A DNA stretch of 64,000 nt, from assembly GCA_963706955.1 (NCBI GenBank), contig CAVPOC010000006.1, forward strand, positions 32,001 through 96,000. The letters run 5' to 3'. Made by a program: the position numbers and the translations under genes. Source of the DNA: an uncultured Verrucomicrobiae bacterium (lineage in GTDB: Bacteria; Verrucomicrobiota; Verrucomicrobiia; Chthoniobacterales; Terrimicrobiaceae). A model generated the notes under the pieces. That model did no database searches, was not told where the DNA came from, and saw nothing but the letters and a program-made list of their open reading frames with translations. The stretch's first letter is position 1. Each line of letters opens with the position of its first letter. Shown in pieces: positions 38,821 through 49,018 of the stretch.

Positions 38821-38885
38821 AAAGTAATCTTAGTCAGAAGCAGGGCACTTGCCAAGAAGGACCGCTAGCGCAATTATGAGATTGC

Positions 38886-39365
38886 ATGGAAGCGCTTATC
38901 GACCTCCTTCAAAAAAATGCCCTGATTCCGCGTGAAGATATTGCGCGCCTGCTCGACTTGACGACCGACCAGGTTGAGCAGGAGATCTCGCGCCTCGAGC
39001 GCGAAGGAGTGATCCTTGGTTACCAAACTATCATTAACCGGGAAAAATGGGATACTGACATCGTCACGGCCGTGATCGAAGTGAAGATCACGCCCGAGCG
39101 CGATGGCGGCTTCGATCGCATCGCTTCACGCATCGCCAAGTTCGAGGAGGTGCAAACCTGTTATCTGATGAGCGGCGGTTACGATCTTCTGATCGTGGTC
39201 GAGGCTGAAAATCTTCGCGGCGTGGCCGCATTCGTCGCCGAGAAATTGAGCACGATTGAGGCCGTGCAGGCGACGGCTACACACTTCCGCCTGAAAACCT
39301 ATAAGGAGAACGGAGCTTTTCATCACTTCGAACAGGCGCCCGAACGCCTCTCCGTCTCGCCATGA
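38886..39365 (+). CDS. Lrp/AsnC family transcriptional regulator
   Basis: HTH with LE..GVI.GY, P.R..GFD, YLMSGGYD. Confidence 0.93.
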   Translation: MEALIDLLQKNALIPREDIARLLDLTTDQVEQEISRLEREGVILGYQTIINREKWDTDIVTAVIEVKITPERDGGFDRIASRIAKFEEVQTCYLMSGGYDLLIVVEAENLRGVAAFVAEKLSTIEAVQATATHFRLKTYKENGAFHHFEQAPERLSVSP

Positions 39366-40543
39366 GCATTCGGGTTGCCGACCACGTGCGCGACATTCCG
39401 CGCTCAGGCATTCGGGATTTCTTCGAAATCGTGCAAAGCATGGGCGATGTCATTTCGTTGGGAATTGGCGAGCCGGACTTCGTGACTCCATGGCATATTC
39501 GTGAGGCCGCCATCTACGCGCTGGAAAGAGGGCGCACCGGCTACACCTCCAATCTTGGCCTTCCTGCGCTCCGACGCGTCATCGGCAAGTACGTCGCCGA
39601 TCACTTTGGCGTTCACTACGATCCGCTTGGCGAAGTGCTCGTTTCAGTTGGTGTCTCCGAAGCTATCGACCTGGCCCTGCGGGCTATTCTCAATCCGGGG
39701 GACGAGGTCCTTTATCACGAGCCGTGCTACGTCTCCTACAGCCCAAGCGTGATTCTGGCCGGCGGAGTGCCTCGTGCAATTCCCACCCGGGCTGGGGATC
39801 ACTTCGTTCTCCGGGCTGAAGCGCTGGAACGCTCCATCACGCCGCGCGCCAAGGTGTTGATGTTGAATTTTCCGACGAATCCGACCGGTGCGACGATGCC
39901 GATCGACGAGCTCGAGAAAATTTCCGCGGTTTGCATCAGGCACGATCTGACGGTGCTTTCGGACGAGATTTACAGCGAGTTAACCTATGACTCGGCAGCG
40001 CATCCTTCGGTAGCGGCCCTTCCCGGGATGAAGGAGCGCACCATTTTGCTTCATGGAGTTTCGAAAGCCTATGCTATGACCGGATGGCGAATCGGCTTTG
40101 CTTGCGCGCCCCAGCCGGTCATCGAGGCGATGATGAAGATCCACCAGTACGCGATCCTTTGTGCGCCCATCATGGGACAGGAGGCAGCCATCGAGGCGCT
40201 TGAACGCGGCGAGCAGAGCATGCAGAGCATGCGCCGAGAATATGAACTCCGCCGCAACTACGTCGTGCGCGGCTTCAATGAACTCGGTCTGGAGTGCTTC
40301 AAACCGCGCGGCGCATTTTACGTTTTTCCCAAGATCAGTTCCACAGGGCTGACCAGTCGCGAATTTTCCCTCCAGCTCCTTCGTGAAAAGAAAGTGGCGG
40401 TGGTGCCAGGGACGGCATTTGGTCCCAGCGGGGAAGGGCATGTTCGCTGCAGTTACGCTACCGGACTCAACCAAATCAAAATCGCTCTCGAACGCATCGG
40501 CGAGTTCTGCAGCCAATTAAACGCCAGCAAGGCTGCGGCGTAG
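39362..40543 (+). CDS. PLP-dependent aminotransferase class I/II
   Basis: LGIGEPDF, P.NPTG, SDEIY, SKAYAMTGWRIG, GAFY, VPG.AFG. Confidence 0.96.
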   Translation: MSIRVADHVRDIPRSGIRDFFEIVQSMGDVISLGIGEPDFVTPWHIREAAIYALERGRTGYTSNLGLPALRRVIGKYVADHFGVHYDPLGEVLVSVGVSEAIDLALRAILNPGDEVLYHEPCYVSYSPSVILAGGVPRAIPTRAGDHFVLRAEALERSITPRAKVLMLNFPTNPTGATMPIDELEKISAVCIRHDLTVLSDEIYSELTYDSAAHPSVAALPGMKERTILLHGVSKAYAMTGWRIGFACAPQPVIEAMMKIHQYAILCAPIMGQEAAIEALERGEQSMQSMRREYELRRNYVVRGFNELGLECFKPRGAFYVFPKISSTGLTSREFSLQLLREKKVAVVPGTAFGPSGEGHVRCSYATGLNQIKIALERIGEFCSQLNASKAAA

Positions 40544-40584
40544 ATCTAGGCCGGAGAAGAAAGTTTGCATCGGGATGGGGGTCG

Positions 40585-42162
40585 CTAGCGATCTTTTCGG
40601 TAGATGGCTTTGACCGGGTGTTCGTCGAGGAGATTAGATTCGATGCCTCCCAGCTTTTCCGGATCATAGAGCTGAATTCCTACGTAGTAGAAGATGGGAC
40701 AAACCGGGACTTGCTCGCGAATGAGGATGGTTTCCGCCTCACGAAGAATTTCCAACCGCCGTTCAGGATTGGTCTCTTTGGCCGCATCCGCGATCAGGCG
40801 ATCGTAGTTCGCATCGCTCCAACCGGTTCGGTTATTCCCGTTGCCGGTGACGAAAATGTCGAGGAACGTGTTTGGGTCCGGGTAATCGCCGACCCAGCTC
40901 GATCGGGCGATGCCGTAATCGAGGGAGGAAAGCGAATTCAGATAGACCTTCCACTCCTGCAGGGCGAGGTTCACGTTGACGCCGAGATGCCGAACCCACA
41001 TTGCTTGCAACTCGACGGCGATGTCGCGGTTTTGCTGGCTCTCGTTGTAAAGGAACGTGGTTAACGGAAAACCTTTCCCGTCTGGGAACCCTGCTTCTGT
41101 GAGAAGACGGCGCGCCCCTTCTGGATCGTAGGGAAGTCCGTCCGGAGACGCATAGCCAGCCATACCGGGCGGGACAAAGCTCGTTGCGGGCAATTCTCCG
41201 GCTCGGGTGATCTTCTCGACGATTCTGCGTTTGTCCACGGCCATGGCGAACGCGCGGCGCACGCGCGGGTCGTCGAAGGGGGGCTTTGAACAATTGAAGC
41301 GCAGAAAGTAGATGCCCGCGAATGGCGCCGAATGAAAAGCCGGCGTCTTCTTAAGCTCATCGAGCAGCGCATTCGGAGTGAGATTCTTGTCGACGATCAG
41401 GTCGGCGAGGCCGCCAGCGAAAAAGTTGAAAGCGACCGTTGCCACGCTGATGGGAAGGACTTCGACACTCTGCAGAGCCACGTTCTTCGCATTCCAATAG
41501 TGGGGATTTTTGCGGAGGCGAATTCGGTCATTGATTCGCCAATCTTCGAGAACGTAGGCGCCGTTGGAGACCATCTTTTCTGGTTTTACCCAGTTATCTC
41601 CAAATTCTTTGATGGTATCAACGGGCACCGGCTGCAACGGCGGTGTAGCGCAGAGATCCAAAAAGAATGGTGTCGGGTTCTCTAGGCTAACCTCGAGTGT
41701 TTGGTCATCGAGCGCTCGGACGCCGACCGCAGAAAAGTCCGTGATCTTTCCTTCCGCAAAGGCCTGCGCATTTTTCACGTAAAATAGCTGGTAGTTATAG
41801 CTGGCGGCGGTTTCTGGAGAAAGCGTCCGTTTCCAAGACTCGACAAAGTCATGAGCAGTCAGTTGCCGTCCGTCACTCCACTTCGCATCCGAACGGATCT
41901 TGAAAGTGTAGGTCTTTCCGTCCTCGGAAACGCTCCAGGATTCGGCCATTCCCGGACCGGACTTTCCCTGGGCATTGAAGGTGGTTAGGCCCTCGAAAAG
42001 GGCGTTGACAATCCGACCCTCCGGTTGACCGGTGATGATGGAGGGATCGAGCGTCTCCGGCTCCGCGCCATTAACGAAGATCAAGTCGGCACGCTCCTGT
42101 CGCGGACCGCAACCCGAGGCTGCCGCCAGCAGAAATACGAGCATAAAGAGGCGCGAGATCAT
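40585..42162 (-). CDS. oligopeptide ABC substrate-binding lipoprotein (OppA family)
   Basis: Lipobox ASGC, EPETLDP, LFEGL, KWSDG, NGAY, W.GDYPDP. Confidence 0.95.
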   Translation of the reverse strand: MISRLFMLVFLLAAASGCGPRQERADLIFVNGAEPETLDPSIITGQPEGRIVNALFEGLTTFNAQGKSGPGMAESWSVSEDGKTYTFKIRSDAKWSDGRQLTAHDFVESWKRTLSPETAASYNYQLFYVKNAQAFAEGKITDFSAVGVRALDDQTLEVSLENPTPFFLDLCATPPLQPVPVDTIKEFGDNWVKPEKMVSNGAYVLEDWRINDRIRLRKNPHYWNAKNVALQSVEVLPISVATVAFNFFAGGLADLIVDKNLTPNALLDELKKTPAFHSAPFAGIYFLRFNCSKPPFDDPRVRRAFAMAVDKRRIVEKITRAGELPATSFVPPGMAGYASPDGLPYDPEGARRLLTEAGFPDGKGFPLTTFLYNESQQNRDIAVELQAMWVRHLGVNVNLALQEWKVYLNSLSSLDYGIARSSWVGDYPDPNTFLDIFVTGNGNNRTGWSDANYDRLIADAAKETNPERRLEILREAETILIREQVPVCPIFYYVGIQLYDPEKLGGIESNLLDEHPVKAIYRKDR

Positions 42163-42240
42163 CGATGAGCAAGTGAAGCCAGTTTCTGGCGTGCTGCAAA
42201 TCTCGCGCGTCAGAGAAACGAACCCAATCCGAGCGCAACC

Positions 42241-43239
42241 CTAGAGAAGCTCGGCGATCTGCACCGCGTTCAGTGCTGCCCCCTTGAGAAGCTGATCACC
42301 GCACACCCAAAACGCGAGGCCATTCTCCAGCGTAGAGTCAATCCGCAGCCGGCCGACCGCGCAAACGTCTTCGCCGGCATAATTGATCGGCATCGGATAG
42401 ACATTGTCGGTCGGGTCGTCGCGCAGCTCGATCCCGCGGAAATTGACAATGGCCTGCCGAGCTTCCGCCACGGTCACGCGCTCTTGAAACTCCGCATTCA
42501 CAGCCACGCAATGAGCGCGATAGACCGGGACCCGCACGCATGTGACCGATGCTTTGAAGCTGGGCAGATGCATGATTCGCCGTGCTTCGTTCTGCAACTT
42601 CAGTTCTTCCTTCGTGTAACCCGAGTCCAGAAAGGAATCCACCTGCGGGATGACATTGAAGGCAATTTGATGTGGAAATACTTCACGCTCGATCGGCCGT
42701 CCGGAGATCATCGCTTTCGACTGCTGGCGGAGCTCTTCCATCGCCAGCGCGCCCGCTCCCGAAACGGCCTGATAACTCGCCGCGAACATCCTGGTGACTC
42801 GAAATTTGCGATGTAATGGATACAGCGCCATCAAGGCGATTGCCGTCGTGCAATTGGGATTGGCGATAATCCCTCGATGAGCCGCGACGTCCCCCCCATT
42901 AATTTCCGGCACGACCAGGGGCACCTCAGTCTGCATTCGATGGGCAGAGGAATTATCGATAACAATAGCGCCCGACTGCACAGCGATAGGCGCGTACTCC
43001 AGCGAAATAGCTGCCCCTGCGCTGAAAAACGCCAGATCGACATCCTCGAAGGAGTTTACACCGAGGGTTTGGACGGCAAGTTCTTGGCGTCGGAACTTGA
43101 AAGTCTTGCCGGCAGAACGGGCGGAGGCGAGAAGCTTCACTGACGAGGCGGGAAAGTTCCGCCGCTCGATCACGTGAAGCATTTCGATACCCACGGCGCC
43201 AGTTGCGCCAACGATTGCAACTCGATATTGTCGGGTCAT
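42241..43239 (-). CDS. asd: aspartate-semialdehyde dehydrogenase
   Basis: VGATGAVG, DNSS, VPEIN, ANPNCTT, YQAVSGAG, DQLLKGAALNAVQ. Confidence 0.97.
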   Translation of the reverse strand: MTRQYRVAIVGATGAVGIEMLHVIERRNFPASSVKLLASARSAGKTFKFRRQELAVQTLGVNSFEDVDLAFFSAGAAISLEYAPIAVQSGAIVIDNSSAHRMQTEVPLVVPEINGGDVAAHRGIIANPNCTTAIALMALYPLHRKFRVTRMFAASYQAVSGAGALAMEELRQQSKAMISGRPIEREVFPHQIAFNVIPQVDSFLDSGYTKEELKLQNEARRIMHLPSFKASVTCVRVPVYRAHCVAVNAEFQERVTVAEARQAIVNFRGIELRDDPTDNVYPMPINYAGEDVCAVGRLRIDSTLENGLAFWVCGDQLLKGAALNAVQIAELL

Positions 43240-43253
43240 AGGGAGAGAACATA

Positions 43254-43736
43254 ATGAGTAACATCTCGTCGAAGGATGTCCACGATCCATTGCATCTTCG
43301 CATTGACGCGACGCGCCAGATTCTGCAGCTAATCCGCGGCGACAGGGTCGAGAAAAGCTACCCGATCTCGACCTCGAAGTTCGGTCTTGGTTTCGAACCA
43401 GGAAGCAACAGGACTCCCCTCGGGCGCTTTGTCGTTAGTGAAAAAATCGGCGCGGATGCCATCCCAGGCGCTGTTTTCAAGAGCCGACTGGCTACCGGGG
43501 AAATTGCCTCACAAGGCGGCGATGAGGATCTGGTCCTCACGCGCATACTTTGGCTGGCCGGTCTGGACGAAAGTAACGCCAACACCAAAGAGCGCTATAT
43601 CTACATTCATGGAACCAATCAAGAGGGGCTGCTTGGCACACCAGCCAGCCACGGATGTGTCCGCATGAGCAATGCCGACGTCGCCGAGTGCTTTGAGCAA
43701 ATACCTGAAGGAACTCCAGTGGAAATCGTTACGTAA
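43254..43736 (+). CDS. L,D-transpeptidase (YkuD domain)
   Basis: TP.G, IYIHGT...ASHGCVRM. Confidence 0.92.
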   Translation: MSNISSKDVHDPLHLRIDATRQILQLIRGDRVEKSYPISTSKFGLGFEPGSNRTPLGRFVVSEKIGADAIPGAVFKSRLATGEIASQGGDEDLVLTRILWLAGLDESNANTKERYIYIHGTNQEGLLGTPASHGCVRMSNADVAECFEQIPEGTPVEIVT

Positions 43737-43766
43737 TATTTTTATTCGTGACAGAGAAAAGGTCGG

Positions 43767-44426
43767 CTAGCGAGATTGCGGGAGCGCCTGAAGATACTCC
43801 GGTCCCGTCGGGCAGATATCAAGCAACTCGCAGTGCGGGCAGTCGGGTTTCCGAGCGAAACATCGACGACGGCCGTGCCAGATGAGCCAATGGCTGAGCA
43901 AAGTCCACTGATCACGCGGGAACAACCTCATTAGGTCTTGCTCGATTTTTATTGGGTCGCGGTTTTTCGTGAGACCAAGTCGAGCGGAAACGCGTGCCAC
44001 GTGAGTATCGACGACTACTCCTTCGTCAATGCCAAAGGCATTGCCCAAGACAACATTCGCCGTCTTGCGGCCGACTCCCGGAAGCGCGGCCAGGGCGTCG
44101 AGTGAGCGTGGAACCTGACTCCCGTGCTCAGCCAGGAGCTTTGCCGCCATGGCGCGGATATTCTTGGCCTTATTGCGAAAGAATCCTGTTGAACGGATTA
44201 TTGTCTCGAGTTCTTCCTGCGGTATTTCCGCGTAGTCCTTGGCCTTCTTGCAGCGCGCAAAAAGAGCCTTCGTGACGATGTTAACGCGCTTGTCGGTGCA
44301 CTGCGCCGATAAGATGGTCGCGACGAGAAGCTCGAGCGGATTTCTGAAATCGAGTTCGCAATGGGCATCAGGATAAACCTCCCGAAAACGGCGAGCCAAT
44401 TCACGAGCTCTTGCAGGAGGCGCCAT
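43767..44426 (-). CDS. nth: endonuclease III
   Basis: LSAQCTD, LPGVGRKTA, VDTH, C..RKP.C..C....C Fe-S motif. Confidence 0.97.
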   Translation of the reverse strand: MAPPARARELARRFREVYPDAHCELDFRNPLELLVATILSAQCTDKRVNIVTKALFARCKKAKDYAEIPQEELETIIRSTGFFRNKAKNIRAMAAKLLAEHGSQVPRSLDALAALPGVGRKTANVVLGNAFGIDEGVVVDTHVARVSARLGLTKNRDPIKIEQDLMRLFPRDQWTLLSHWLIWHGRRRCFARKPDCPHCELLDICPTGPEYLQALPQSR

Positions 44427-44460
44427 GCAGGGAATCGAGCAGCGACTACTGAGGACGCTG

Positions 44461-45501
44461 CTATTTTAGCGTTCGGAGTATCTCCTGAATCGCCACGCGG
44501 CAGCCGCAGGTCTGCAAGTCTCCACCGCCGTAATACAGATCGAGCGTGCCATCATCGTTGTCGATGAGCCCGCTGTGAAAGACGATGTTTGGCAGGAGAC
44601 CTTCGCGTTCGTAGGGGGCTTCCGGAATTAGAAAAGGCTCACGGGAACGCGCAATGACTCGCCAGGGTTTGTCGAGATCCATCAGGAGCGCACCAGTGCA
44701 ATAGCGCGTATTGTCATCGCATCCGTGGTAAAGCTCGAGCCAGCCTTCGGGCGTCTTGATCGGAGAGGCGCCGGCACCCACTCGTTGGCTGTCCCATTGC
44801 CCGCGTCGGGGGCCGATGACGGCCCGATGGCGTCCCCAGTCGAGCAGGTTATCGGATGAGGCCAGCCAGATTGCCAAGCTGCCGACGAACTTCGCGGCCG
44901 GTCGATGCAACGTGTAGTAGCGTCCGCCGATCTTCTCGGGAAAGATCGCGACGTCTTTGTTGTCAGGCCCGAAGATTACGCCGAGCTTCTCGAAGGCGCG
45001 GAAATCTCGCGTTCGTGCGAGACAGGTCACCACGCCAAGCTCCGATACCCCGGTGTAGTTGATGTAGAAAGTGTCTTCGAGCTTTGTGATCCGCGCGTCT
45101 TCGATGCCGTATGTTTCATACGGCCCGGAGGCGCTCAGGGAGGGCTTGCTGTCGATCAAGAAAGTCTTTCCATCTTCGGAGATGGCGGTCCGGAAGTGGC
45201 TCAGGGAAGTGAGATAGTTTATGCCCTGGTAGCAGAAAACGCGGGGATCACGCGCGTCGAGTTCCGGATCATCAAGCGGGCAGCGCAGAATCTTCAACTC
45301 GCCGGTGACCTGATCGATGACAGCCGTGGAGATGTAGCCTTTTTCCTGAAGCGGGCGTTCCGCAACGCGGATAAGCAGAACTTTCCTCCCTTGATAGGAG
45401 GCAGCTCCGGGATTGAAGGCACAGAGGACTTCAAAATCGGGGCGCGAAGGCTTCACGTCCTGTGGAGAAATGAGAGGATTATTCGGAAATCGCTGGATCA
45501 T
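44461..45501 (-). CDS. glycoside hydrolase family 130 (mannoside phosphorylase-like)
   Basis: FNPG, GIEDARIT, NKD...FPEKI, HRP, LYHG, YYGG. Confidence 0.9.
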   Translation of the reverse strand: MIQRFPNNPLISPQDVKPSRPDFEVLCAFNPGAASYQGRKVLLIRVAERPLQEKGYISTAVIDQVTGELKILRCPLDDPELDARDPRVFCYQGINYLTSLSHFRTAISEDGKTFLIDSKPSLSASGPYETYGIEDARITKLEDTFYINYTGVSELGVVTCLARTRDFRAFEKLGVIFGPDNKDVAIFPEKIGGRYYTLHRPAAKFVGSLAIWLASSDNLLDWGRHRAVIGPRRGQWDSQRVGAGASPIKTPEGWLELYHGCDDNTRYCTGALLMDLDKPWRVIARSREPFLIPEAPYEREGLLPNIVFHSGLIDNDDGTLDLYYGGGDLQTCGCRVAIQEILRTLK

Positions 45502-45568
45502 TGATATCGAGAGTGGATCGGGTCTACGGCGAGTTGGGCTCAGAAGTCATCCTGCGGCACAATCGTGC

Positions 45569-46260
45569 TCACTGACCGGACAGTAGGACAAGCCTTGATG
45601 ATCGCCGAAATTTTTCCGCTGAGGGTTTGAATACCCGATCGTAGTTCTGAGGGTCCGTGCGTGCGAGGCCAAATAAGGCTGTGTAGCCATAATGCCACTC
45701 ATAGTTGTCCGCAAGCGACCAGGCAAAATAGCCGCAAACATCATAGCCATCGCGAATGGCACGTCCAATCGCAGCGATGTGATTGCGCATGTACCAAACT
45801 CGCTTGGCATCATCAGGTGTGGCGATGTCATTTTCGGTGATCATCATCGGTTTGCCGTAGCGATCACCGACTCGCTTGATTTCCTTGTAGAGTCCGTCGG
45901 GATCGATACGCCGCCCATCATTGTAAAGTTATGCCCGCGGCGGTAAGGCTCGGAAAGGAGCGAGAGCGGTCCAGGCGCCTGGGAAGTAATAGTAATTAAA
46001 CCCGATGATATCGCTGATAGCGTAGATTCGATCCAGATGATCGACGTTTCCATGGATCATCGTCTTGTAAATGATGCCGCCTGGATCGAGCGGAGCCCGG
46101 TCCCACCACGGCAAAGCTTCAACGCTCATGACCTTGGCGCTTGGTCTAATTGCTTTGATCCGGGTAGCCGCATCACGGAACATTGCCGTGCTCGCGTCAA
46201 TGGCCTTCCGATAATGTCCAACCTAGCGACACGTGGCGAAAAAGCTCATGGTTCTCGGCC
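45569..46260 (-). pseudogene. GH1 beta-glucosidase remnant (C-terminal part, frameshifted, N-terminus missing)
   Basis: DIIGFNYY, RIDPDGLY..., ITEND (normally ENG), GYFAWSLADNYEW..GY, FGL spread over three frames. Confidence 0.85.
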
Positions 46261-47168
46261 ACATGAAAATCTAAGAGGGCCGTTTCACCACGAAATGGCG
46301 TTAGCACGTTTTGCTGCTTTTCTACCAGGTTGATGACGATTCGCGAGATCTGAGCAGTTGACGCTTATCAAGCGGCTCGTTTGCTAGGTGGATCAGCAAG
46401 TTCTTCTGCCGTTTGCAATGAGACAAATGGCTGATAGCTCCGGCGCACTCTGTCCTTACGAAACCATGCCGCGTAAAGGCGCAAACCGCGAGCACGTCGA
46501 TCGGCGGCCTGGATCCGTCGCAACTCAGCCCGCTCGTAGTCGCGAAGGGCACGACGCAAGCGCCGGGCACGCTTCTCCATGCGAGCCGCCAGCCACACCG
46601 CCACCCAGAGTTTTACCTTCTGCTGCATTGAATAAACGCAGACGATTAGCATAACTAATATTTTTCGTCAAACATCAAAGCACGGTCAGGTTTGGTCGGG
46701 GTGGCCAGTATGAAACGCTTGATGGCTGCGACAATCTGACAATACGCGATCGCTTTATTGCTGCTGCGATGACACAGAGTCTGGACATTCGCGGCGAAAT
46801 AGAACGCTCCGCGCATCGCTCCGTTTATGAGGACGGCGAGCGTTTGTCGTTCGACGAACGGCACCTGTAGATGGGCGTCCTAGGTCTAGCAGAACTTCGC
46901 GGAAACTTGGACTCGGCATTTACATGCGCCAGAGTCATTCGCATGCGGCGCCTTGCCTTATTGAAAAAAGACAGGTAAACAACTGTATAGCTTATGGCTT
47001 GTATCACTTCGCCACGAGCCTGGCGCGTGGCAGGCCGAGCGCTGCAAATGCATTTGTTCGTCTGCAGCCTTATGCGGTCTCCGGCGCGATGCCTCTTCGA
47101 ACGGCCGCCACTTAGGCGGGAGCTCGCCAGAGAAGATCGTCATACGTGCGGATGTGCGACGCCTGATT

Positions 47169-48827
47169 ATGCCTGAGCCAGTCACGCCAAATCCGAAATC
47201 GCGACCTGCGAATCGCAGGCGAGCGGAGCTTCTGCTCGCGGGAGTTCTCGTCCTCCTGCTGCTAGGAATACCATTCATTAGCGTCTTCCAAAAATCGGCA
47301 AAGGAGGCGCCCAAAGACAACCTCCATGTAACCGCGGGTGGGCCGCCCACTGTTATGCAAATGCGCGCCACCGACAAGGGGGCCCGGGCGGAAAACTCCG
47401 CCTACGTGCTCTCGCTTAATCAAGAGGTTTACGTGGACGTTCGATCGCCAGGCATTTGGCTGCTCCAGCTCATGAACGCTCTGGGCAAACAAGACCTCGA
47501 TCCACGTGGCAAGGTCACGCTCGATACGGTGGTCTTTGATCCGACAACGGAAAAGGAAGAGCATGCGCGATTGCAGGCGTTGCGTGAGCAGCGAGACGCT
47601 ATCCGGATCGAACGACAAGAAGTCGAAGCGATGCCTGACGGCCAGGAGAAAAGAGTTCGTCTGGGCCAGTTGGCCGCACGCGAAGCCGCCCTAAATAAGG
47701 ATGTCGATCAACTCTTGCTCAGCCGGCGGAGTTCCGCGTGGGATCAATTCCTCAAGGACACGCTGGAGCGCTCCTGCCTGGTAGTGAACGGCCGCGTGTT
47801 TCAGGATCTAAACGCACAAGTCGCTTACGATTGGCACGAGTATTCTGAACATAAGAACACGAAAGGCGATTACGATCATGACCAGTACGTCGCCCTCCGC
47901 TTCAAAGTGTTAATGACCGAGAAGAATAAGCCGCTCTGGTTGGAGTTGCTTGGCGGAGCCGGGTTCGCGCGAAAGCCGATGAACGTTTCCATCGCGATGG
48001 TCGATCTTTTTGAACGAGGCAACACGGAGATCATGCCGACGGCTATCAACCCCTCCATTAATCCGCCGGAGTGGCAGAGAGTAAGTCTAAAGGCTTCGAC
48101 CGATTGGCTGACGTGGTTGCTGCTGGAGTGCTTTTTCCTGCTCTTCTTGCTGTTCTTGTATTATGCCTTCGCCACTAAAGTCCTTCGCGATATGGCGCCT
48201 GACGGCCTATGGCACCTCAGTCTCGGGCGTTGCCAAATGGCTTTTTGGTTCTTCATCGTCGCGGGATCGTACATCTTTCTTTGGATTGTCACGGGCGATT
48301 ACCGAACCCTGACCGCTCAGGAACTGCTGCTGCTCGGTCTTAGCTCCGCCACCGGTCTGGGCGCATTTCTCATTACTGACGAGCCGGACACAGCCACGCC
48401 TCGCGGTTCAACTGTCCTGACCAAGGAAGAGCTGAGTCTGGAAGACCCCGACAAACTACAGGCCCTCGCGCTTTCAGAGCGAGAGATTCAAAAACGGGCC
48501 GGTTTGACTGAGGCAGAGGTTCTTCGTTCGCAGGCGCGGGTCGCCGAGCTTGAGCGCCGGGCAGCATATTATAAGAGGGGATGGCGCTCGGCGCTGCGCC
48601 GCTCGGTCAACGACCTTCTTTCTGAATCGAACGACGGCCGGCCAAGCTTCCATCGCTTTCAAATGATCGGTTGGAATCTTGCTTTCGGAGTGATCTTCAT
48701 ACGCGCTGTCTATTACAAGTTGGCCATGCCGGAATTCAGCAGTGATCAATTGCTGCTGATGGGCATTAGTAATGGGACCTATCTGGGCTTCAAGTGGTCC
48801 GCCTCGAGGACCAACAAATCTCCATAA
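47169..48827 (+). CDS. hypothetical membrane protein with duplicated SxxRxQ..W / LL.L.G.S module
   Basis: N-terminal anchor, soluble domain with coiled coil, motifs SLGRCQMAFW/LLLLGLSSATG and SFHRFQMIGW/LLLMGISNGTYLGFK. Confidence 0.8.
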   Translation: MPEPVTPNPKSRPANRRRAELLLAGVLVLLLLGIPFISVFQKSAKEAPKDNLHVTAGGPPTVMQMRATDKGARAENSAYVLSLNQEVYVDVRSPGIWLLQLMNALGKQDLDPRGKVTLDTVVFDPTTEKEEHARLQALREQRDAIRIERQEVEAMPDGQEKRVRLGQLAAREAALNKDVDQLLLSRRSSAWDQFLKDTLERSCLVVNGRVFQDLNAQVAYDWHEYSEHKNTKGDYDHDQYVALRFKVLMTEKNKPLWLELLGGAGFARKPMNVSIAMVDLFERGNTEIMPTAINPSINPPEWQRVSLKASTDWLTWLLLECFFLLFLLFLYYAFATKVLRDMAPDGLWHLSLGRCQMAFWFFIVAGSYIFLWIVTGDYRTLTAQELLLLGLSSATGLGAFLITDEPDTATPRGSTVLTKEELSLEDPDKLQALALSEREIQKRAGLTEAEVLRSQARVAELERRAAYYKRGWRSALRRSVNDLLSESNDGRPSFHRFQMIGWNLAFGVIFIRAVYYKLAMPEFSSDQLLLMGISNGTYLGFKWSASRTNKSP

Positions 48828-49018
48828 GGGGCTCGCACCCTGCGCTGTTGTCGGGACGGTATTCCCGAGAAGCGCTCCAGTTGCAGCGGCAGTGGTGCTC
48901 ACCACCGAAGCGCTCGGCGCAGTCTGCAAGCGTTGCATAGGCGGCCGCTCGGCGAATCTCTTTTGAGCCGGCTCTTGTTGCTCTCCTGAAGTGGACGGAG
49001 GGAGCCGGAGCTACCGAT

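Noticed and set aside
46368..46652. 94-aa Arg-rich ORF
   Set aside because: Could be real, but has no motif, RBS or context support; left uncalled
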